A stretch of DNA of 63,959 nucleotides, counting the filler, from Bonamia ostreae (lineage: Eukaryota): assembly GCA_040357525.1 (NCBI GenBank). It is 38 parts of 38 records of this genome, joined end to end, with 100 filler letters (N's around TTAATTAATTAA, not from the genome) between each part and the next. Parts side by side here need not be neighbours in the genome. Positions count along the whole stretch, not along the records: positions 48,971 to 50,549 come from JBDODL010001600.1; positions 50,650 to 52,228 come from JBDODL010001601.1; positions 52,329 to 53,906 come from JBDODL010001602.1; positions 54,007 to 55,584 come from JBDODL010001603.1; positions 55,685 to 57,261 come from JBDODL010001604.1; positions 57,362 to 58,936 come from JBDODL010001605.1; positions 59,037 to 60,611 come from JBDODL010001606.1; positions 60,712 to 62,286 come from JBDODL010001607.1; 30 more parts are not named here. One strand, given 5' to 3'. Made by a program: the position numbers and the translations under genes. Below, piece by piece: positions 48,971 to 62,286 of the stretch. Position 1 is the first letter of the stretch. Each line of letters starts with the position of its first letter. The notes under the pieces were generated by a model. The model was not told the origin of the DNA. It saw nothing but the letters and a program-made list of their open reading frames with translations, and did not search any database.

Positions 48971-50146
48971 TAGTTTCCAAAACTCTGGGATTGTCCAGTT
49001 TACCCCAGCACAAATTCGGAAACCCCCTTTTAACAGGATTTTCTCCCTCTCTAAAATAATCCTTTTGGCTATTCGCAGTGTCGAAGATAAAGTAGCCAAG
49101 AATATTTAACAAGAAAATCACAAAAAGGTACAACTTGCTTTGCCCTTCAATCCCGGCACTGTAGATATACAAAGTCTGTAGCGGGAACACAAAAGGCACC
49201 ATGACGATATCTAACATCAATAGCATCCAGCCAAACTTTTCCTCGATAATATCAAACGAGTTAATGACGCACTGCTCTCCCTTGAAGCAAGCATTAACAA
49301 AGCAGAGATGGAAAAAACAGATCAAAACGATTTCGGTTGTAACAGTTCCCCGTTCCTCAAGCATTTTTAAGGCTATTCCAATGTCGGTAAACCACCACAT
49401 CATTATCCCCGGGCGCAGTTCGAAAAAGAACTTTATGTCAAAGCCGGAACTCGCTCCGGGGTTCAAAGCCTTCCCCTTTTAAAGAAATAATTTTATAAAT
49501 CAAAATATTTGATAATAGCGACAACAATTAAGACGATAATAACCATGAAGAGATTTTGAACAAAATTGGAATTGTCGTTATTGTTAAAATTCACATTAAC
49601 AAGGATTATCACGATAAAAGAAACAAAGTTAGCTGTTGTAAGATATTGCCCAAATCTATCGCAAAGTTCTGTAAGTTTGAAAATCTAAGCAATATTGAAA
49701 ATGACTTTTGTAAAAAATCGGGATAACTAAGAAACTTGCAAATAATGAAAAATAACGGCGAAGATATTTGTAACAACAAAAGCTCTTTGTCCATTGAAGC
49801 AATATTTAATTTGTTTTCCGTCTTTAAGAGGCTTTCCTAATTGTTCTTCGCCCGGCAATGATTTGAACAAAATGGCTTGGAACAAAATCCAAGTCAAATA
49901 AGTTTGAACGGTCCTTAGAGAAGGCAAAGTTCCAATAATAATTTTTGTCAAGTTACTTAACCAAAATAAAATTGATTTTACTGAAAGTGGGTTCGGTAGC
50001 AATAGTTGGCCTTTGTAAATTTGCAAATGCAAAAATTTACCTTTGTTGAAAGCAACGCATATCCAACTCCAATAAATAAAGAAGGGGATAACAAAAAAAG
50101 CGAAGCACATTAAAGTGGTGTTGCTCTTTTTTATAAATATCGACAT
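48971..50146 (-). CDS. ERG4/ERG24-family sterol reductase, closest in motif to ERG4; spliced and 3'-truncated
   Basis: LFM|GKALNP, FDIKFFFELRPG, NACFKGEQCV..DIIEEKFGWML, FDTANSQK. Confidence 0.9.
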
Positions 50147-50330
50147 TTCAAATATTTCTGGGAATTATCTTAGCGATTGGATATATTTTATTTTTGATTT
50201 TAATGCTTTATGTGAAAGCAATTGATTTCCCAGTTATCAATATTCAATTATAATATTCAATATTGTAACAGAATTGTCAAAATGACTGAATTTCCAATTG
50301 ATTTTTTGGTTTCAAATAAAATTGGTTTCA

Positions 50331-50393
50331 GTCGATTGGTTGGGACAAGACTGCGCGATCGCGTGGTCATGGGTTCAAATCCCGAAGTTGGCA
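50331..50393 (+). ncRNA. tRNA-like element lacking a canonical anticodon arm (pseudo-tRNA or Pol III ncRNA)
   Basis: B box GGTTCAAATCC; GTCGATT/AGTTGGC stem plus discriminator A; internal hairpin GACTGCGC-GATC-GCGTGGTC. Confidence 0.5.
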
Positions 50394-51430
50394 TTTCCAC
50401 AAACGTGAACAAATTTAAAAATTTCAATCTAATTGACATATCCGAAGCTGATGGTTGAGGTTAACTCTGCCATTCGCAATGTCGATATCTTAAAAAGTTT
50501 ACAAATTTTGCTGATGGTTAACTGTACGCAAATTGTGCTAATCGAACATNNNNNNNNNNNNNNNNNNNNNNNNNNNNNNNNNNNNNNNNNNNNTTAATTA
50601 ATTAANNNNNNNNNNNNNNNNNNNNNNNNNNNNNNNNNNNNNNNNNNNNACTAAATTTGTAAAAGTGCAACTTCCGCTGATGATCTCTAAATATTAGTAG
50701 AAAAATTGTCAAAAGGACATAAAACAAACAAACAAGTAAACAATAAACTAATACAGTATATATTGGTAGATGCATACATAGTGCAGACGTAGATTGATTT
50801 AGTTCACATGTATTAGTGAATCAGTTAATAAACTAAATGACAGTTTGATGTAAATACCTAAAAATGTAGATTGGAAAATCATTCCCTAGTCTGATCTTAT
50901 TTAGGAGAAGAGATTATTCGACAAAATCGCACTTATTACATTATCAGTTTTGGAATGAATCAGATTCTAGTCATTTTTGGAATTGGAAACATGCTTTGAC
51001 TTTATTCACCTGACATCAATTATAAATTATAAACACCATTCATTTAATCAGCTACCATCCAGGATTTTCCATAATGACATTTTGTTGTTGTAAATACGAG
51101 AAACGAAAAGGACAATAAAGTTTAAGGGATTGTCATTATACAATCACAAATATGCTTATCAAAACTTTTATGAAAGGATACTGCCTTGTTATCATGTTAA
51201 GCATACATCGTGTGTCATTTCTTTTCGTTAATTGCATGCATAATTAGTATTACACTTGTTTTCTTTTACTATAATATGTTCCAAATACAAAAGCACAAGC
51301 ATCATAGATATTCATGTTTGATATTAACATTTTGTTGCATCTAATACCAAACTGACCTGTTTCATTTAGTTTATTTTAGTTTATCAACAGGCACAACACA
51401 TTTGATATCTTCAATTGTATTCCACATCAG

Positions 51431-51842
51431 GTGACGCTGGAAGTAAAGATTCCACTGCGGATACTACAGATAAAGATGAACCTCAGGTGCCTGGACTACA
51501 AGGAACCATTGAGGAAAGGATAATTAGAAATATGCATCCCTCCATGTCAAAGTATATTTTAGAATCTTTAGGGAAAGACATAAATGGTTTACCGAATTCA
51601 GAAAACAGCGATGTAGAATCTCGTCCAAGATCGTGTAGTATATCCAATCCAGAAAGAGAGGAACAACGCATAACGTTATACAGACGGTAGGTAGTAAAGA
51701 TTATCCTTTCATTAAGAGCATTCAATCTGTTAAATTTGAAGGTTATATTGTATTTTATATTCATACACAGGGATGTAGATTCTCGTCGAAGAAGTGTATA
51801 AAATCCAGAAAAGCAGGAACGAAGTACCACGTTATACAGAAG
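51431..51842 (+). CDS. Probable host gene exons with a partial tandem exon duplication
   Basis: GATGTAGA.TCTCGTC...ACGTTATACAGA.G|GTAGG occurs at about 51610-51690 and 51772-51846, with conventional GTAGG donors. Confidence 0.5.
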
Positions 51843-54304
51843 GTAGGCAGTAAATATCATGATTTGATGATATATATTCATATATTACCAGAAAGATATA
51901 GGCAAAACGTCAACGAAACGGGCTGGGGGGAAATGGAAATGACTAATCCTTTTTATTTCTTTATATAAAAGACAAGTATACTATGTTGCGGTTGTTCAAA
52001 ACTAAAATCAATAAAACTGAATTATAATAAAGAAAATTAAGGTCCAAGCATGCGTTATGAAGGCGCCTTGTGATACAACGTAACAGATGCAAGCTCAAAT
52101 TGAAATTCAGAAAAATGACGTCAACTTTACAAAGTACATATGTAGCTTATCTTTGTTAGCATGTACATGTACGAAGTTTGATTGTCATTTCTGCTCTAGT
52201 CCAAAGGGCAGAAAGACACGAGACACAANNNNNNNNNNNNNNNNNNNNNNNNNNNNNNNNNNNNNNNNNNNNTTAATTAATTAANNNNNNNNNNNNNNNN
52301 NNNNNNNNNNNNNNNNNNNNNNNNNNNNAATCAAATATCAGGAAAAGAGATAAAATGATTTGTCCATTGCATCAAGGTGAAGACTGTCATGTCATCAACA
52401 CGAACAAAATGACAAAATACTGGAAAGTACAGGGTAAATAGCTTTTGATGTTGATTTGACGTCATGGAATGTGTGGTGAGTTTACATGACATTGTCATGC
52501 AGTATTGCTGACATTGAAACCAACATCCCGTTCATAGAACAACATAGTTCCAGGTTTTTAACAGTGGTTGTGTTACATTGGTCTTATAACTATCAGTTTA
52601 TAGTTTTCTGGTGAAAACGCACAAGTTTGGCACAAATTTCTACGTATGATCTTAGATAACTAATCTTAGATAACTAATATATTTGTCTCAACATAATGAT
52701 GGCAATGTATATAAATATGGAAAGCAAAGTTGTGTGGTATGCATCAACGTGCTTCATTCGGATATGTTAGCAGTAATTTATTATACATGTACACGTGTTT
52801 ACTCCTTTATGCCAACGTATGCCCTTTAGATGGGTGGTTATAGGTAGTTATAATTATGCAACTCCTGTCACAAAGATTGAAACAAGCATTGTACCCATTC
52901 CCCCAAAATGTATATAACGTAAATTAAATTGAAACAATTTAAGATGAAGTATGATCAATTATGATATTGAGGCAAGAGGAAAAGTCAAAAGTTTTTAAAA
53001 ACACAAAATAATTCACATGTTTGATTTCATTTCCATGTTTTCTTTCAATCAATAATTCTAGGATTTGCAAGTCACTAATAAATATATAATCATTCATTAT
53101 GACAATTATTTGATGGTGCCTGTGATTTGGTTGTCGAGGTTTAGGTGTTGATTTTATGATGACACAAAGAATTACTGGAGAAAGACAATGTCGCCATTGA
53201 GGATGACATATCAATATATCCACGGTGTCTACTTCCTCATAAAGACGAGATTTTGTGATTTATGAACAGAGTGGGACTAGTAGTCGATTGTGAGGAGTCT
53301 CACTACGTTCCATGCATGAACCGGAAAAAAATTGATAAAAATATTAGTTTCGATCAGAGGTCAGAGAAAAAAACCTTCCGTTCTTTTTCGGTTCGATTTG
53401 CCTTATTTCGTATTCTTTCGCCTTTTTGTTTCATGTATGCAGCCAGACAGTTGGGAAGGATTTCAAAGTTACGAAAAGTCATGTCTCTACGGAAATATTG
53501 CATTATTTACCTTCTCTGACCATACTATTGTAATCGCTGTTACAGAAACGGCAATCCAGCTTCAGATTTATCAGCTAGAAAGATCCAGTGATTTGGAACC
53601 AGAGAAAACCTGGAGTATTCAACGAACACTAGAACACAAACTGAAAGAAATTGTACCTACATTTTGTAGAAAAATGACGAGTGTTATGGTGGGTTTTTTT
53701 TTTTTATTGTAGTATTGTCTAATGTAAAGTTTATCGTTTTTTTCAGTAAGTTTTTATTATATTTTTTTTTTTTTTATTTTTTATTTTTTTATTTTGATTT
53801 TTTTTTGATTTGTTAAATATGTATAAATTTTTGTTTAATTTTTTATTGTAAAGTTTTTGTATTTCATATTTATTTTTCTTTTGAGTTTGTACAATTTAGT
53901 ATGATGNNNNNNNNNNNNNNNNNNNNNNNNNNNNNNNNNNNNNNNNNNNNTTAATTAATTAANNNNNNNNNNNNNNNNNNNNNNNNNNNNNNNNNNNNNN
54001 NNNNNNACCATTTTTTAAATATTTTTGTCATTTTTTTAAAATATTTTTACCAATTTTAATAATTTGTCATTTTTTTTTAATATTTTTGCCATTTTTTTAA
54101 TATTTTTACCATTTTTTAAATATTTTTGTCATTTTTTTTTAAATATTTTTGCGAATTTTTTTAAATATTTTTGTCATTTTTTTATTAATTTTTGTTGTTA
54201 ATCTCAAAATTTAGGAAATAAGATTATTTTTTGAATCAGAGAAAAGCAACAAACCGGAAAGTATAGAAAAAGAAAGTCTTCCTTATTTTATGTAAATCCT
54301 AATT

Positions 54305-55328
54305 TTAAAAATCCAGTTTATCCAATTCAGATACCAAACTTTCGTCTAAGAACAAGCTCTTGTTTTTGACTGATTTCTCCAAATCGACAAAATCATCAAT
54401 GCTTTCGTCAACACGATTTTTGTCATCCAAAAAATATTCTTTTCCACTCAATTCGCTTTTCTTCTCGTTTTCAAGTTTTTTCCTGCGCGACGTCAAATCC
54501 GATTTTGCGTTGTCTTTCTGCCATTCCAACAAAACCGATAACGTTATTTTCGTTGGTTCGACCATTGTTTCAAGAAGTTCGTTGCGCTATTATTTTTTTG
54601 GTTACGCTTCAATTATTTTTTTTTGGTTACGGATGCCGTCTCATATAGTTTGTGACAACACAAAAAGTCCGAAAAACCTGCATATCAACAATATCTTCGA
54701 TTGTCTCGCGATCGCCGCCGTCGTCCATCGAGGCCTTTTTGTCGCTCGGCAACATGTAACCGCGCGGCAGAAAATGTTTGTATTGGCACTTTTGGCCCTT
54801 GTTCGGACAAACCCAAAAAAAGCCGTATTTTTTCTGTTTTAGAGATTCCAGGAAATGTCTGCACATCATTGCTTTGTCGGAGGGATAGAATTGTGTGTCT
54901 ATTCTGGGATCGGTGTAAGGATCGATTTTTTCTGTTTTGTCGATTTTGGACCAATCGTGCAAATAGTCGCATTCCGCGCCGGAACGGCAATCGCCTTTTA
55001 CAAAAAGTGAACACAAAATTTTTTTCTTGGCTTCTTTTTCGATAAGTTCTTGGGCGGCTTTTTGTTCTGCTTCTTTCTTTTCCAGTTCGATTTTCTTGAG
55101 ACGCTCTTGTTCTCTGGATTTTTGTCTGTCGATTTCTCGTTTGCGTTCTTGTTCTTCTTTGTATTGTTGGCTGTTGTTTTGGGATCCTTTGATGTTTTTG
55201 ATGAACGTGGCCGCTTTCTTTCCTTTTTTGTTTTTCATTCCGAATGTTTTGTCTATTTTGGGCTTTTCAGGCATTTTTGGGGTTTTTTCTTTTCCCTTTT
55301 TCTGAGCGTTTTTCTTTTTTTTCGGCAT
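54305..55328 (-). CDS. ZC3H15: ZC3H15/Tma46 (DFRP1) CCCH zinc-finger protein, intron about 54588-54677
   Basis: DKTFGMKNKKG, CSLFVKGDCRSGAECDYLHD, CRHFLESL..KYGFFWVCPN..CQYKHFLPRGY, TKITL..LEW, LSGKEYF. Confidence 0.95.
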
Positions 55329-58284
55329 TTTTAGGATTGCTAATTTTCTGAAATAAATGGTTATTATATGGATATTTTATAGTTTCGAAAGAGATAGATT
55401 TAATTTAAATGGAAAATTTTTTCTAGGAAAAATTTAGTTTCTGGCCTTTTTGTGATTTTTTTTCCGAAATTATCTCCATTTGTGATTTTTATTTTGCTCA
55501 TAGAAATGATGATTTAGATTTTATTGGATTTTTATATTAGGTTAAATGACGCTTAGTTTTCGAAGATATTTCGTCATTTTAACCNNNNNNNNNNNNNNNN
55601 NNNNNNNNNNNNNNNNNNNNNNNNNNNNTTAATTAATTAANNNNNNNNNNNNNNNNNNNNNNNNNNNNNNNNNNNNNNNNNNNNATGTCTAACATGCATA
55701 CACTATATGTAAAAGCAACATTATAAAATGATGTCAAATATTTCATCCTTGATACCATTTCATATTAATATTGATAGAATTTGAACTCTGTTAGTATGGA
55801 TAACTATGTTTCAATTTTCTGAAATTCTTATGTATTTTTGGAAGTAAATGATACTTCATATGTTTGTGTAGCGATTGTGTAATTAGATAGACAAAAGTTT
55901 TACTTGAAGTCGCTGCTGCACATGACATCGTCGAGTTCTCTTTCAGTTTCTGTATCACACTGTGCTATTTCCTCCATCTTCTTTGTTGTATTCTGCAAAT
56001 GTAAATGATCAGCTTGTTTAATACGAAGTCAAATCAAGAAGATAATTCATAACAAAAAACCATATACCAATAGTTTTTCCGTCCATATCAACTTGGTAAA
56101 ATGATATAGAATTATTTGAAGTTTAACAGTTTGTTTTGACCTCTAGAGAGTCATTCAATGGTGCTTCTTTTGAAGACAGTTGAATGTTATCAATATTTCG
56201 TCCTTCTTATTGTGACATCATGGTTTCAAAATATATTTATGTACCATCATTTACATCAAGGAATTGAAAATCAAAATAAATAGATCTTTGATACACCTTC
56301 ACATATGTGGGTTTTTTTATTTGACCGGTGACTGCTTAGAAACGGTGCACACTGCTACGACTAATAACCTCACATAACTGCATTTGGAATTTAAGTTAAA
56401 CATAATAGGTTTGGTATGGTTATCTAAACACAAGATAAACACAAAGGTATATATTTTTCCATATCTGTCAATTTATTTACATAGTATAACCCCCTCCCCG
56501 TACTCAAGATCCCCAATAGTTTCTTTCATTTGCTGACAAAATCAAATTTGAGACTGGAATCAACTTAGTTTGATATTTCTGATGTATTGTAACCACCGAT
56601 TTTCGATAGGAACAACACTGCGGCAAAAGTTACTTACACTGCATAGTAGCGAGAACAAAGCGCTTTAAAGACTAAGATCCAGAGGATTTGACCTCACATT
56701 CACATCCAATGAATTTTCGACGCTTAGAAACAAACCTCCCATCGACCCATTTTCTCACCAGAGGGTTTTATATCCAATCTTCACTTGAACCTCTAATAAC
56801 TCTTGAAAAATAGTTCCTGTTGTTCCTACACCATGTGATAGGAACACGAGCGATGGTGGAAACCATAAAATATGACAAGGAAGACAAGAAAAACAAATAC
56901 CTTTTTTGTTTTGTGTGGAAAATGTGAAGCAAGCGATTTTTAAACTGAATTAGTAAGGGGTTCAGTCAAACTCTAGTGGTCACGTGCAAATACTGCCCCC
57001 GTTTGATCTGTCTAAATCAATTGTATGATGAACGTTATATATAGCACTTTACTGAATGGAGTAGAGTTTGAGTCAGTCCAAGTACTTCGTTATTCCACAG
57101 TCATTCTTTCCTTATCTGGTAAAATTCAATTTGGGGCATTTAGCTGTTTCTTTCAATGTTTTCTCAACACATAAGTGTGTTTGCTTTAAAATCGAAATTC
57201 GTGGGGTTTTTCACGGTATATAGTACATATTTTCAGGAAATAATAGGAAAACATTACTGTTNNNNNNNNNNNNNNNNNNNNNNNNNNNNNNNNNNNNNNN
57301 NNNNNTTAATTAATTAANNNNNNNNNNNNNNNNNNNNNNNNNNNNNNNNNNNNNNNNNNNNAATCTTTAATAAGCCATTTTGTCTAAAGATGTCAATAAT
57401 AATTTGTTTTAAAATAATATTTTTGTCGCCCCGAAAATTTCTTATTGTTTTTGATTTAATTGACTAAAAATTTATTTATTAAACTTTAGCAATTTGACCA
57501 AAATTATTATAGATTTGTATAAATTTTTCAATATAATCATTTCTAAATTTTTTTATCTGGATGTTTTTTCTAAAATTTAGCAATTTTATAATTCATCTAA
57601 TTTAAACTTTAATTTTCCGTTAATATGGATAATCTTCGTAACGTTCTTTTATGATCAAAAATAAGACATTAAAAATAGAAAGTTATTTTTTCCAAAATAA
57701 TAAAAATTAACTTTGTTGCCATTTAAATACGATATAACAGTAAATTTCTTTTTAATTATCACAAATAACAAACTTTTATTTCTCCGTTATTCCTAAATGT
57801 CTTATTGATGAATTCTAAACGATCTCCAAAATTAATCAAAATTTTCTCAAATGTTGAATTTTCATCAAACTTTTTTTCGTAAAAAAACTAATTTTTAAAA
57901 ATTTTTAATTTTAAAAACTTTGTGACCATTTTTGTATTTTATAAAAGTTTTTTCCTAAATTTTATGTAAAAACGATATCAAAGTTATTTAATTTTCTGTA
58001 ACCGACATTTTTATTTTCAATTTCAGGGCTATTTCCACCAATACGCAAATTTTTGTCATAAAACGAAGTTGGCAGAGACTCGATAAAGACTGCGAAAACA
58101 AAAAGAAATAACATTTTCGGTAATTTTTTCTAATTTTAAGTGCTCAAAAGTATATTTTACAATAAATTGTTTTGTTAATAAAAACGAATAGCATCATCAC
58201 CTTTGATGTCTACCCGATCGACATGACAGTTTCAACACAAACAAATTATTTAAAGGATTAACAATCGACATATAAAACGCAAAA

Positions 58285-58740
58285 ATGGTTCACAAATTTT
58301 TTAATTTGGCAGTAGCTCTAACCACTTATTTGTTTTTATGGCTTTTTAAGCTTTTTCGTGTTTTCGTTTTGCTTGTAGTGCTTGGTCTTCTAGTTCTGTA
58401 TATCTATCAACGGCGCTTTATTTATATCCCTGAAAATTCTGGTTATTATTTTGTATTTAAAAGCTTTAGAAGGACGTCAAATAAATTTCAACGAAAAATT
58501 GTTTCAAAAACCGGAATTGTGGGGGTTTTCGCAGTATGAAGATATTTATTTAAAATCTTTTGATGGCGCCCTGCTGCATTGCTGGCATATGAAGTTTGTT
58601 CGAAGAACATTATTTTAAATTGATTTTTTTCTAGCAAAACTGAATTTAAATAAAGATATCCCAGAGAAAACGCGAAAACTATTTTGTTTTTTCACGGAAA
58701 TACCGGTAACATCGGCCATCGCTTAGATAATTATCACAGT
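58285..58740 (+). CDS. ABHD13/Bem46-like alpha/beta hydrolase, 5' part, spliced
   Basis: TM segment, YQRRFIYIP, YEDIYLKSFDGALLHCW, TILFFHGNTGNIGHRL. Confidence 0.88.
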
Positions 58741-59036
58741 TAATATTTTAAATTTCTTTTTTGTTATTACAAAAACGAGTTTACGACATTATTTTAACGA
58801 TTTATGAATAACAAAAAAGAAATTAAAAAAAATAAAAGTGATAATTATATAATCTATTGACTATGGTAACGATATTTCCGTTAAAAAACAAAATAGATTT
58901 AGCTTTTTATCTGGTATATCTTTATTAAAAATCAGTNNNNNNNNNNNNNNNNNNNNNNNNNNNNNNNNNNNNNNNNNNNNTTAATTAATTAANNNNNNNN
59001 NNNNNNNNNNNNNNNNNNNNNNNNNNNNNNNNNNNN

Positions 59037-60179
59037 GGAAATAGTCTCAAACGAGACGAACGGATTGGACGTTGACAAATTTGACTATATTCTGCGCGAT
59101 TGCTATTATTGCGGGGTCAAATCTTCGTTTGATCCAATGCGCTTAATGAAACTTAGTCGACTAATCGACGGCCATATTTGTTTTCACAAAAAAGCTCAAT
59201 TCGACATTATTGAACTTTTTTATACTCGATTCCATTTATACAGAAAAGCTTATCTCCATAAAACTACTGTAGCAATAGAGCTTATGCTTGCGGACATTTT
59301 TTTTCATGCGGACGATGTTTATGGATTTAAAAATATAATGAACAATCGTGATATTGACGTTTTTAGTTGATATGTTTATATTTTGATTCTCCATTAATTC
59401 GGATTTTGAAATTTTTTTACAAAATTTTTGCAAAATTGTCTTTTTTTTTCGTTATCAAAATCGTCTACAATTTGTTGTTGCTCTGCAAACATCATTTTTA
59501 AACAAATTTTTCTAGATTAAGCTTTTCGGATTTTCAATATCCAAAATTTTCTTAAATAAATATTGCAAAAAATTTTCATTTAAAATATTTTTATAATTTA
59601 AAATATTTCCATCTAAAAATAGAAATTCTTAACATTAAACGAATCTTTAATCGGATCAATAAAATTATCTAAAAACCCGAAGCTTAAAAATTCTCAAGAA
59701 ATAATTAAAAAATTGGATAATAGAGATTTATATAAAATGGCTGCAGAAGAATCGATAACAACAAAACTTAATATCGAAAGAAATGTTCTTTTGATTTTAA
59801 TAAAATTTTAAATTCGACTAAAATTTTGATCAAATTTAGTCGATTTCGACAGAAAAACTATTAGAATACTCTCCAAATATAAAAAAAGATCAAATTTTTA
59901 TAATCGCGGGCGAATTAGGACCGAACGAAAAAGCCTCCGAAGCGATCAAAAAGACCAAATTTTTTAATTCTGAAAATCCATTTAATGTCAAATTTTCCAA
60001 TTTAAAAAAAAAATTAATTGTTATTTTAGACATTTGAATTAGAAACCAACAGTTTTTTGAATGGAAAAGACAAAATGACGTTGAGATGTTTTGTGACGAA
60101 CAGTGATTTGGTAGATGAAGCCAAAAATGGGTTTCATAAATTTTGCAAAGAAAGAAATTGGATTAAATTAAATTTGTAA
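59037..60179 (+). CDS. SAMHD1-like HD-domain dNTP triphosphohydrolase, 3' part, spliced
   Basis: IVSNETNGLDVDKFDYILRD, LFYTRFHLYRKAYLHKT..IELML, LDNRDLYK. Confidence 0.9.
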
Positions 60180-60730
60180 AAATTGAATTTATATCGGTTC
60201 GTATTCTGAATTTTCAGAGGTTATCCAAAGATAGAAAATTCCACCGATCGACCAGATTACAAAACACATTATTGAGAAGACAAATGCCATTTTTGTAGTC
60301 TGATTGTAACAAATTTTAGTTTTGTTTTGAAAATTTGGTTAAATGTAAAAAGATAAAATATTTGTGTTGATATAAAACTCTTTCTAGCTCGTAGTGAACA
60401 ATAGGAATGGCTAGATTTTAATTATTAAAAACCACCAACGCTGATATAAAGAAAGCCAACAAAAAAATCGGCAAAATTTTTTAATGGGTCGTTAAAAGTT
60501 CTTTTTAAAATCATCGATAAGACTAACGACAATATTATAAAATTACCAAATCTTAACAACAACAAAAGACAACTTTTTTGCAAATTTGTAAATTTTAACA
60601 GCGAAAAAAGANNNNNNNNNNNNNNNNNNNNNNNNNNNNNNNNNNNNNNNNNNNNTTAATTAATTAANNNNNNNNNNNNNNNNNNNNNNNNNNNNNNNNN
60701 NNNNNNNNNNNAAATTTAGTAAAAAAATAC

Positions 60731-60985
60731 AGTTTGTCCATATGCAAATACAGTACAATTATATCCTTCCAAAAAAGCATTTTCCAGTGACAATACAGAT
60801 TTGTCATAAATTTCAGAAGTTAAGATATTTTCTGAGAAGACATAATCAAAAGTAAAGCTTTTTGAATTTAGGAGCACTTGGTTTTCATGAGGATATTCAA
60901 TAAAATTTTTCTCCTCTTTTTCGTTTGGAAGAAAAGGTCGTATTCGCAGAGCCACTTTAACTGTATCCGATCTCTCTAAAGCCAT
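60731..60985 (-). CDS. Kinesin (kinesin-4-like) first exon
   Basis: TVKVALRIRP, KSFTFDYVF, EGYNCTVFAYGQT. Confidence 0.88.
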
Positions 60986-61299
60986 TTCGATTTTATTAAA
61001 TTTCTTCGAAATGTTAATGTTTATCAATATATAAAATACGAAACTATCAAATTTGTATGTGTTTTAAGCCATTATCAGATTGATCCTTAATTAAAGCTTA
61101 TTAGGAGTTTTGTATACATATAATTATGAAACGGAAACTAAATTATTTCTTATTCAAAAAGAAACATTTTGTTTTATCGCAAAAATTTTGTTGTGCTTTT
61201 TCTTGCAACCTTTTTGTTGCTCGAAACTGATTCTCTATAAAACAACTGTTTTTTGCTGTTATCATGTTTTTGTTAAAAAACTTTGGCGATAATTTACAA

Positions 61300-62286
61300 T
61301 TTTTGTAAAAATTATTCCGTTCGATAAATCGAGCTCATTTGTTTCTTCGTCAGAAAAGATTTTTACTTTATAAAGAAAATGAAAAAATGATTGTAGAATT
61401 TGCGAAAAAAAAGAAACATAAACACATTTTAAAACGAAACAACAAATAAAGAACGCCATTATTTTAACACGAACATTTAAAAAAAGAAAAGAAAAATGAA
61501 GAAATCTTCAAAAACGAAGAAACGCCGACGAGATAATTTAAAAACAATTAAAAAAAAGACGATTTTACCAAAAACGAAAAAACAATTTTGCCATTTAAAA
61601 TTTCCACGGAACTTTTTTGTGTTCTTTTTTATTCCCCTTTTTCCCAATTTTGACATTTTTTCCAAACCTCCATTTCCTCTCCGAAAACAACAATTTGTTT
61701 TTCAGGTCCAAAATGGCGTCTTTAGACGCTTCGTACAAAATGCTCATTTCAAAAATGTAATTTTTTAGATCAGTCGATTCATCGTCCATTTTCCCAAATT
61801 TGTCCATTTTTTCTTCAAAAATGTCGATTTGATCGATCGCGGCGTCGAGGGCTTTTTTGAGATGCGTCGAATGATTAATTTCAGTCGCGTTGTTCATTTT
61901 CAATAATTTGATTTTTTCGTTCAAATGTTTATTTGTGTTTTGCAAATGTTCTTTTTCCTCAAAATCGATTTTTGATAATTTCTTTTGAAATTTTTTTTCG
62001 AAAAAAAACTTGTAAAAGTTGGTTGATTTGTTTTGTTTTGTTCGCCAATTCTTTTTCCAGAGCGATTTTCTCTGAAAAAATCGTTTGAAACTTTTGTTTC
62101 CAAAAAGTCGAATTTTCTTTTTTAATTTTTTTAGAAAAATTTTCTTTGTCGTCTTCGTTAATGTTGGTAAATTTTAGTCCATAATCTGTTTTGATGAGAT
62201 CGTTCTTGTTTTTGTAAACCTTTTTCTGATTTTCGTTGTCTTTCTGTTTTTTGACAAATGTTATGTTCTTTTCTGAGGGCATTTTG
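61300..62286 (-). CDS. Coiled-coil hypothetical protein, spliced fragment; limits approximate
   Basis: Consecutive heptad-rich minus-strand ORFs 61959-62282 and 61595-61945. Confidence 0.45.

Noticed and set aside
52939-53712. Short ORFs of uncertain origin, also 24498-24884 and 62654-63028
   Set aside because: No recognisable motif or reliable exon structure, so they are not called.
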